A stretch of DNA of 64,000 nt, taken from the NCBI RefSeq assembly GCF_000150275.1, contig NW_002060959.1, positions 804,371-868,370 on the forward strand, written 5' to 3'. How positions within the stretch are numbered: the stretch's first letter is position 1; every line of letters begins with the position of its first letter. The stretch comes from Trichoplax adhaerens (lineage: Eukaryota; Animalia; Placozoa). This document shows positions 41,473 to 51,156 of this stretch, piece by piece. Both the position numbers and the translations under genes were made by a program. The notes below the pieces were generated by a model. It had not been told where the DNA came from and ran no database searches. It was given only the letters and a program-made list of their open reading frames with translations.

Positions 41473-44400
41473 CTAATCACTCGGTGGAAAAAAAATAGTA
41501 AATGTGACGTATACTGGTAACTGGAGTCCATCAACAGTCAAAACCTTCACAAAAAATAAAATGAAATTTCAAGAAATGAAATGTAACTGCATTCGATCCG
41601 ATACTAAGCTTAAAATTTGGTAATTTCGACTTACTTGACTTTTTCTTCCATGAGTTGTCATGCTAAAATTATGAGTTAACATGTCTAAGAATTAAGAATT
41701 AATTGGTTTTAGTAAATCAGCTGCCACGGTGTACGATTTGCTTATATCACAGCGTGTTTTTACATATTAGCGTAGTTTATACGTATTACTGCTCTCTAAT
41801 TGTAGCAGAAATGATAAATCAGATATCGAGTACTGTAAAGGATAAGGTCATTAACTCAACCTTATTAGTAATATTATGACTTTAATTCAAATTTAATATC
41901 TATTAGAACAGTTGAAATATTACAGAATGCTAATTACTTAACGATGAAATTAATGAATAATAGACGCAATAAATGCTTATTTTGATATTAAGTTAAGCTG
42001 AACATGATTATTTAAGATGAAATGGACAGTGACTGACTTTTTTATCGTAGATAAATTACTCAAACTTGAACTCAGTATAAATAGAGCTTGATTTAAATTT
42101 AAGCTACGGCCAACCGTTCAAGCAGACTGAAACATAGAAATTAAAATTTGAGCCTAATTCAATATTCTTCGATCGTGCTGAGTTACCTGTTTTATGAACT
42201 TTATAGTTGCCGCCCTGTGTACTCTGAACACGAACAATGTACATTGTCTGTAGGAATATTAATGTTTTATAAACTGTTACTCATTAAAGTTACCACGAAA
42301 TATTTGAATTAATAATTATAAAATTACTATTGCACTACAGTACACCAAGAGCAATCCATTAGAACAAATACACAAATTTCTATTGACGTTAAATTGCTAT
42401 TATACGTTACCTTTCTTTCCGGCCGTACTGAAAATGCTTGGCGCTCACATTCTTTATAGGATAGAACATTATCTGTAGGCCGAATACGCTAAGATGAAAT
42501 TATAATCCGATGTTAGTGCCAAATAAACGTTTAGGATGTAACTACAGCTTTACTTATTTTATCTGAGATGACTTGTGATACAATATTAATATTATTTTCA
42601 AATTCGAGCATTATTCAAATATCCTTTTGGAACATCCTATAGTGGCCCTCAATCATAGATAGATCAAGTTAACTAACTTAGGAAACGTAATATGATAATC
42701 TTTATTGCATTTTCGAAATTCTTTTACTTCGAAACAAGGAAGATCAGCTAGAAATATACAGAGATAAAGTATAGAACTACATACATTGTCCTCTGACTAT
42801 ACCATTTAAAAGTTGCATAAAACCTAATGGTTTACTAATAGCATATTACAAATATTAGCAAGCGTGATAACATTCTTACTAATAAAATAAAGACCAGCGA
42901 ATTTATCATCTGATTAGATTATAAAAAGTCTATCATTGTATACTTCAGATGTTACACATAAGTTAAAATGTGATTGTAGTTTACAATTTTGAAGTAGAAC
43001 AAGTACGGTACTAAAATTACTTTTCAAACCCAGCTATAACTGCTTCATCACATAAAAAAGGTATTCGTAAGTCGCCATTATCTACTACGAGATCGTATCT
43101 TATTAAAAGATTCGTTTAAAGATCGAAATTATCTATTTCTTAATACTGCTTCGATTTGCGTTTATTACTCTAAAGCAATGTTATTCAAGATCAATAATGA
43201 AAGTTCTATCATCTAATTTATATTTACCTGCATATAGAAACTGTAAGAATTTGGATGGCTTTGCCTAATTGCTTTGGCTTCAAAGTAAAATCCATGCAAG
43301 GCTATTAACTCCGAATGAAATTTAGGTTCCTGTAAAATTACATCGAAAACGGCTTTAGCTTGTAGTATCAACAGTGATAGCGCACCTTTTAATGAGTAAA
43401 AGCTTATGAAGGAATAAATAGAAATTACTCGTTTTTTGACTTGACATTGCCTTTAAAGATTGGTTATAGAAATTTTAATAAATACTATAACTCAGATTTA
43501 CATGATAAAAATTAATGACGAATTTTTTTCTACCTCTTGTAGGATAAATCCTATTCTAATACCATTTAATTCTATTCGTGGATCAAGCAACATATCACCT
43601 CCATTTTGTAGCTAATATGTTTAGATAAAATAATCAAGCGGTTATAAAGTATATGAAGGCAAACAATTTTATAAATGGTCAGGTAATTGAGGTTAGTAAA
43701 CTTACACTGTGGTAATGTTGATGCAATAGAGAATAGAAATGACTTTGAGGAAAAATATTCATTTTTTCGATTTCATCCAAATGTCTCACTAAAATTTAAA
43801 GAACATTGGTAATAATTGGTTGCAAATCACTAGTTAATAGCACAATTCAATGTAATAGTTTAGTCGGTAAAGCAAAATTTTTAAATGTAATTCTATTATA
43901 GCATAGCAGGGCTATAACACAATTTGAAAGGTATCCTGTGCAGTAAGCTTCTCTATAGAGCATCATTATAACCGTCTCTTAAATACGCTAGCCATTTGAT
44001 CTTTAAACTCATTTTCAAGAGAGTTTGCATTAAACTCACCATCAATGATGCCATTGTAACGAATGATTTGAAATATGCTCGTATACTTTTTGCCCTATGG
44101 TAACCAATTCAATATAAAACTATTTAGTCAAGCTTTTAGGGATGATAAATATCAATATTCAATTGAATTTCAGGCCTGTACTATTTCTATTTATCAAACC
44201 TCAGCACCAAGGAGGAAACATATATTTTTAGGTATACTGTAATTAAAAAAAATCGTGAACATTCAAAATATCAGTTTTAAATAGGAACCACACAAGCATT
44301 TGATAATTTAATGCAATGCAAAAAATGTTAAGCAACTTAACATTATTATATATAATCTATACAGAGGTACTGCTAATTTATCTTATAACGCTTACCAGCT

Positions 44401-47400
44401 AAAATTTACACTAACCTTTCAAAGTATTGAACTACGGTGGCATAGGTCGGCATTAACTACAAACAGAATAAAATAAATCCAAGTAAAGTTATAGTTCAAG
44501 GCAAATTTAATCTGTGAATGTTAAATGAGCTTATTAGTATTTAACATTTTGTGAACGTATGTACCAATTTCATTTACTCTAATAAGAAAGAAGCATAGTG
44601 CTAAAAGTAATATTTTAACTTTATAATATAAATATTTTTCTCTAATAATAGCCATTAATGAAGCTTCTATTACAAGCTGTAGCCCCGCTAATGAATTAAA
44701 CATGGATTAAATTTGCAAGTAGTTCTATAAATTAAATTATTACCATCTCTGAACTGTTCTCCCTTAAGTAAATCCACACGCAAACGAGCTTGAAAACATC
44801 ATATTCATTGTACGTAAAAAATCTATGAGAATCAAGAAAGTAATACAGTTTCCAAATTACTTTAGATCAGAGCGAGTGGTTGTTAAAGTTTTTAAGCACA
44901 TGCTATTCTTACAATATTTTACCTCGGAGATTGAATAATTTTATGTAGTAGATCTAATGACAATTGCCTCAGGTTTATCCGTTTAGACATCTGTGCCAAT
45001 ACAAATAGGATTTTATATAGTTGTTTCAAAGCAAGCAATTGAAAATTAGGGTTAGATACTACGTGAAACTTAAAATTTTCTTGCTGCATTACTTTTTGAA
45101 AAACGAAGTGAATGTAGTAACTGATTATAGATATACGAGTAAAACAAAGTGTTATGAAATCGATATAAAAATACTTATGTACCAGTGGCATTAAATTAAT
45201 TTCTAGCCATCTTTCACAAGCCACAGCAACAGTAGATTGCTTGCACTATCAAATAGGAAATATAATTAGTGATGCGAGCTGTAGTCTCTTTAGAACTAGA
45301 ATAACTTTGCTATTTAGATAGTATTTAATGACATTTTTAGCGAATAAATTAGTAAAATCTTTTACTGATGAAACTAGTATCTACGAAAGTAAATAAAAAT
45401 AAAATATTTGGTATATTTGCAGTTATAAATTCTTACAAGATAATTTTAATCATTGTAGATTAGAACAATCTTCAATATTGAAATATGGTTATATATTTTT
45501 ATACTAAATCATTTTCTTTTAATTTAGCATCGTCTCGATATATGATAAAATCAAACATAGTCACAATAAATACCAAAATTGATGATCGATTTATTCTATT
45601 AATACGCATTGATCAAGATACCTTTGTTGCCATTTGATGATACTGAGCCACGTTAGATAATTCGATACTTTTGAGCATCACTTGTGCACATCTACGTAAA
45701 ATTAGCAGATAATTAAGTTGCAAATTATATGATATCAATACTGACATCAAAGCATATATAAACCTTCCGCAAGTATGGCTGTGATAACTATTTTGTGATT
45801 TAGCCGTAAATGATGCCTTTATTTCATTATCATATGCAATTGCGAACACTTACTTATTCTCTAATTTCGAGAACTGTAACTGATGGGCAGCCGCTAGTAC
45901 GCCAATTACGTGTGTTTCATCAACAATCATGTCATCTCGGTATAGATTGCAAATTGCAATAGCAAAGGCTATGAATAAGTAATGACGAAGTTATTAATTT
46001 GTTTATCTAAGTTATCGAGAAATACTTATTTGCTATTGACAAAAGCAACATCCAATGAAGTAAAATTTGATATATGAAATTAATGAACTTTTTGAAAGTA
46101 ATCAGTACCTTCCTTATCAATATTTGGATCATTGGCCGATAGTTTAATTTTAATCAATTGATCATCTGCCTTTGTAACGGTATCATGTTGTTGCCTTTTG
46201 TGATCAGGTAATTCCGATGAAATATTCATTTCTGAGCCGCTTATAAGCCCTAAATTAAATATCAAAAATATTTGATTTTAATTACCACAGAAATATGGTA
46301 CCGTTTGAAAATATTAAAAATATGTAAGTTTATTAATGGTACCGGCTCTATATTTCGATGTAATCTGACGATCATGATTATGATCTATGCGATTAGTATA
46401 CGTAGCAGCTGATCTATCGCCAGCTTTCTCTAACAACGCGGTTAGTTTATTAGAGCGCTGTAGAAATGGCTTGTGTAATTCCCAAAGAGTTCCCAAGCAA
46501 GATAATATAACATCTAAAATAGTATAGGCATGATATCATAGAGTATCATCATATACCGTACATTTAAGTATATATTTCTAAGAATCAGCAGTTATCAGAA
46601 GAAGGATGCTTTACGATATCAAAATTATACTATTTACCTGGCTCATACGGAGATGTAGTTGATCTAGAATGATAGTGGAAAGCTTCTGGTGATAGTTTAG
46701 TTTTCTTCTCTTTTGGTCTAAATTACGTTTGTTAGCGATAAAAAGAGTTAGAGATATATCAGATTCAAGTAACATTCTGTCGTACAAATCTAAAATAGCT
46801 CAAAAAATCCCTAGCGTAATGTGAATATTCAATCCCTTAGCTTTGTAATCAGTAATGAAGTACAGTATAGTTTGCGTGAATATTATAAATATGATATTTT
46901 AATAACTATAGTTAAAGCTGTTTAAATTTTATTGAGGCTTTACTATTATATTAACTACTATTAATTTCATTTGGTGGTCGAAAAGTAATTATTTTGTTAA
47001 TTAAATAAGCTCACAACTTAATAACGCGGTTAATCTATTTAAATATACTAGTAATCCAGTTTATTGTTCCTTTGTTAATTGTTTAGTATAGGCTACGATC
47101 AATCTGCGGTCTCCGCTAGAAGATTTAACTTACATGAAATAGGTCGATTTAGTAGGCTTTATGATTCTAGTTTCTTCTCCACTGGCAAATTTGCCATCAA
47201 TACCAGGTAGAGGTTTGACTTCTTCATGATCTACTGGTATGTTTTGCTGTTCAAATTCCGAATAAGCTATAGCATATATTAAAGAATCAATGTAACCATC
47301 AGCATTTTGTTATTCAGTGATCAATGTATGCATGATATCATTAGTATCACACTTACTCTGATAGTTTATTATAGGAATAAACGGAGTATCATCAATTGCC

Positions 47401-49356
47401 GGTACAGATTTTACTGCTTGTGACGTTCCTAGTAGATCACCACCAGATGATTCGGGAAACCGCCAGCGATTTGTAGTTCCTACTTGTGTTCTTGGTCTTA
47501 CTCTCACTGGCTTAAGTAAATGTGCCTAAATACAGAGACAATTGTAACTAATAATATCCTGCAGCCAAGAGTATCAGACTTGAAGCGCATCTAATGCCTT
47601 CCGATGAATACAAAATAGTGCTTTGGTTCACTTATTAAACTTAAGTAGCGCTAGTTTAGCTTCCACGTTCAGTAATTCTTCCTTTATGAATTAATTATAT
47701 AGGTTTTAATATTAATTTGCAGACTCTTACTGTATCAGTTAATTCAAAATTAAAGCATTCCAACGTATTATAAAGCGGCAATTTTTTAGTTACTTCACCA
47801 GCTACGACACTGGCTTCAAAATATATTCATAAATGCCGTTATTTTATTAGTGAAATCAAGTAAAAAAACGGAAAATTATTAAAGAAGGAGAAAGAATTGG
47901 GACGTAACATATTTTCTATAGAGTTAGGTGCTAGTTTGGGATAGGAATATACTAAACTAAGTATTTTGTATGAAAACTATGAAAAAAGAAATTGAGTAGT
48001 CCCTACAACATATTGTAAGATAGAGTCATTTACAATTAAAATTCAATCGCTATATTGTCAAAATAACTACTGTTAATGAATTGCATCAAGCAGAATTACA
48101 TAGTTTGGATTATATATCAGCCGTAGATCAAATTATTTTGAGTAAAATATCTCTTTAAATTTACTAGCAAGGAACTATGGTTCAGGTTTAGGATTAATTT
48201 ATTTTACTATCCATAAAATTTTCTGTGAAGTTTATTTTAAGAACGGAACTAGCAATTTTCTATGCATATACTAAAGTTCAAAGTGAGTAGCAATCTTGAA
48301 GACATCATCTTCGATAAATATGATATCAGTTTAGTCTATAACTAACTATAACATGGTCATGACAATTATGTTTTTCATTAATTTTGCACCTAGTAGTGAG
48401 TATAATCTACTGGCGAATTACTAAAATTTTATAAATATTGATTGTACCGTTATTTCTACTCTTATTAAATGAGAGTATTCAAATTTACCTTTGAAACTTC
48501 AAGGATCTATACTATAAACAAGTGAAGCACTGGATGTAAGGTGGATGTAAGGTATAATTTCTGAATCTAATTAAAAAAGCAGTTGCCTATGCTGTCGCTA
48601 CCCTTTTTGAGGTCTTAGTCTGATATTTTTATTGATGGTGTTAATCGTATAAGTCGGACAAAGAAAAAGCAGATGTATTCGTATTTGGGGCAGTTCGATT
48701 TGATAACATAATTATAGCAACAATTATATCTAGACAATGGTAAATCATCGTTTTACCACGTCTAGGTCAATTATTTCCTATCAACCATTATCACACATAT
48801 TTAAGGTAATCCTTTCGTTTCAGTTTACATACAAGCGACCCGAAATTAAAATAAAAAATCGAGTCATGGAGTACTTTATTGTATTTTAAATAATACCACC
48901 CGATTGGATAGCAACAAGTTGCCATTAATGCATGCAAACGCATATCTATATATCTTACCCTAGGTGACTTTTTCTCTTCGTTCGATGAACTATTCAATCC
49001 GTTCATTTTCTCACCCTCGATTCTGGTATGCGAATATAATTACATTATCATAATGATGAATTGATTACTCATAGTTTATATTGAAAGTTAAGTTATAATT
49101 ACCAGTAAAAAAAAAGAAAATAAATCAAGTGCAATAATTAAACTCCAATTTTGTAAATAATATCACTACTTAAGTTAAGCGCTACTCAGTGGGATGTTAA
49201 TGACTGTTGATGCTATCACTGACAATAGCTAAACAACTTGTAGTTTGTAGCCGATTTATTTCTCATATAGTCTTACTTTAAAGGTGGTGATTTGCTGATA
49301 TTATTTTTGGATAATCCAGGTAATGGAAATGTTGGTGAGGAAATTAAAGCTTCCAT
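41473..49356 (-). CDS. BTBD16: BTB/POZ domain protein BTBD16 (germ cell-less-related), 23 coding exons, ~635 aa
   Basis: Exons: 49356-49277, 49022-48959, 48506-48489, 47525-47357, 47266-47134, 46717-46638, 46513-46343, 46249-46109, 45968-45854, 45691-45622, 45245-45183, 44990-44923, 44822-44744, 44456-44416, 44236-44200, 44094-44040, 43788-43706, 43611-43534, 43329-43228, 42488-42411, 42247-42187, 41684-41635, 41544-41473. All are GT-AG and phase-consistent (1908 nt). Peptides match remembered human BTBD16 along its length: GTTNRWRFP..GGDLL (GSTNRWRLP..SGDLL), DVILSCLGTLWELHKPFL, AFAIAICNLY, CERWLEINLMPL, LLHKIIQSPRFFTYNEY, LQNGGDM, ALHGFYF, SYSFYMQRI, LPVYVTFTIFFPPS. The first three exons are supported by splice signals and phase only. 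Confidence 0.93.
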
Positions 49357-49439
49357 CTATTCGATTCTACTTTTATAAATTGATGAAGATTCTTCTTAAT
49401 CATTGACCTTCATGAACGGAAATTAGCAGACGGTCAAAA

Positions 49440-49453
49440 GTTGTCATGGCAAC
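49440..49453. promoter_or_regulatory. RFX X-box candidate upstream of BTBD16
   Basis: GTTGTCATGGCAAC is one mismatch from the palindromic X-box GTTGCCATGGCAAC and lies 84 bp upstream of the BTBD16 ATG at 49356. Confidence 0.7.
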
Positions 49454-49516
49454 ATGGTTTTAACGCTGGCTCATCAGTATTTAAGGAGTCGATTCCGTTA
49501 GTGTGCAGTATGGACT

Positions 49517-49572
49517 GTATAATCATGGACTACTAGAAGCTAAGGTCTTCTTCTAGTAGTTTATGGTATAAT
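49517..49572. mobile_element. Miniature DNA-transposon relic or excision footprint (P-superfamily-like): TSD + 16-bp TIR + 10-bp filler + 16-bp TIR + TSD
   Basis: GTATAAT (49517-49523) | CATGGACTACTAGAAG (49524-49539) | CTAAGGTCTT | CTTCTAGTAGTTTATG (49550-49565, 14/16 inverted match) | GTATAAT (49566-49572). The CANRG terminus and 7-bp TSD fit the P superfamily. Confidence 0.7.
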
Positions 49573-50106
49573 GTATACCCCTAGAAGTCTATCACTGTAG
49601 TAGCCGAGCATACTTTAACTTTTCTCGTTCCCTAAATTTCAAAAGCTGTTTGGTACTCGTCAGCCGCGGATAAATATAGGATTACTATAGAGTTGTGAAA
49701 TACTACATTAAATACTGTTTACTAGTGTCTAAAAAGTGAATTTAGCGGCAATGGCGTTTCTGATTGAAAGCTACAACCGACTGAGTTACTGTACCTTTCA
49801 GCTGAAGACGTTGAATTTATCATTTCTCCATTAAAATGATCCAATTTTACTAAATGAAGTAATTCACTATTAGACGTGATATGGCAATGTAATAATGTCA
49901 TCTGTATTAGAATTAGATATTTATAGATTTTGTATTAGCGCTATGTTGGATCGGTCGCGAGGCTGTTGTTTAGCTGCGATGATTAGGCTCCGATTGGTCA
50001 CACCTCAGGCCGAAAATTACCTACTTATTAAGGGAATATTTGTGTTCGAGTTTTGTTCAAAATATATTGACAAATAAGATGGGTCCAGATCGTATAAAAG
50101 GGTCTT

Positions 50107-50122
50107 AGAGAGAGAGAGAGAG
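50107..50122. repeat. (AG)8 microsatellite in the bidirectional promoter
   Basis: Direct reading: agagagagagagagag. Confidence 0.85.
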
Positions 50123-50640
50123 CTAAAGTAGCCTCTCAGATTTACCAAGTTGAGATTACCAGACTAATGTTCTACTATTAGCTATAGCCTTTTCATTGCT
50201 AATACTGTATTCTGTAACCTTTTTAGTATGTAATCAAGTTATTCTCATCCTAAGGCACTCGATCTCAGCATTACTGTGAACTAGTAGTTCGGAATAGTTT
50301 CGAAGTAATAATTATTACAGGCGAAAACTGAGGAACTCGTTCAAGATTAATTAAGAACATAACTGAGGGAAATTATCAACTAAAAAGGCAACTTTTGCTA
50401 ATTAACAATTCATAAAAACTTGAATTTTGGGTTCATCTATTTGGGAAAATTATTCATTAAATTGGTAACTTTTCATCACTTGTTCATTCCCAATTGGTAA
50501 TCAATAATTATTGAAACTTGGTTAATAATTCTAATTTTCCCTATCCTTAATTTATCTTGTTTACTACAGTACTAGAACAGTCCATGACAGTTCATAGTGT
50601 GTCCTGACAGGCTGCAGCTCGAAACGATTTACTGTACCGT

Positions 50641-51020
50641 CATGGCCTACTAGAAAGAAGACATGGCTTGATCACTCTTGGACGGACAGACACCTTTTCC
50701 TCCTCTAGTCAAAATATTGTGCCAAACGCCTCTTGATGACAGTACTTTAGTATGAGAACGATCGATTTTAAATTGACTGACTTTTTTATTAAATTAAATG
50801 ATAGCATGACATTAAATTTAATTATCTATAACAAAATTTTGCTTGGGAACAGTTCTATAAGATCGTCGATGTGATTTAAATTAGTACCAATGATTCAGAA
50901 AACAGGCACGAAAGCTGCATACTAAGTAAGCACTTTTGGATATGGACAGCCTCATTTGATAAAAAAAGTCTGTCTGTCTGAGGGAGTGATCAATCCAGGC
51001 AACTCTTCTAGTAGCCCATG
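50641..51020. mobile_element. MITE-like non-autonomous element (380 bp) with ~52-bp imperfect TIRs, same terminus as the 49524 relic
   Basis: Left arm 50641-50691 is CATGGCCTACTAGAAAGAAGACATGGCTTGATCACTCTTGGACGGACAGAC. The reverse complement of right arm 50968-51020 is CATGGGCTACTAGAAGAGTTGCCTGGATTGATCACTCCCTCAGACAGACAGAC. The interior is AT-rich and non-coding. Flanks GTACCGT and GTAACAG match at 4/7 (a decayed TSD at best). Confidence 0.65.
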
Positions 51021-51025
51021 GTAAC
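51011..51025. promoter_or_regulatory. RFX X-box candidate upstream of DPCD
   Basis: GTAGCC-CAT-GGTAAC fits the RFX consensus GTNRCC-N0-3-RGYAAC exactly and ends 132 bp upstream of the DPCD ATG. Confidence 0.55.
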
Positions 51026-51156
51026 AGGACAGGGATGGAAATTGCGCGGAATCCCGCTAATTAATTCATTAATTATTTCATTTCGTTGGTGAAGACAAGA
51101 TCGTGGAGCATCCACCAATATAAGAAGAAGAATCAAAGAAGAATCTAGCCTGCAAT

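Noticed and set aside
42104-42187. Read-through of the BTBD16 donor at 42187 gives an alternative C-terminus (…NFYVSVCLNGWP*)
   Set aside because: Downstream exons 41684-41635 and 41544-41473 match the BTBD16 C-terminus far better.
45246-45621. BTBD16 intron with donor GTATCTTG resembling a U12 5' site
   Set aside because: It departs from GTATCCTT and has a U2-type CACTAAT branch region.
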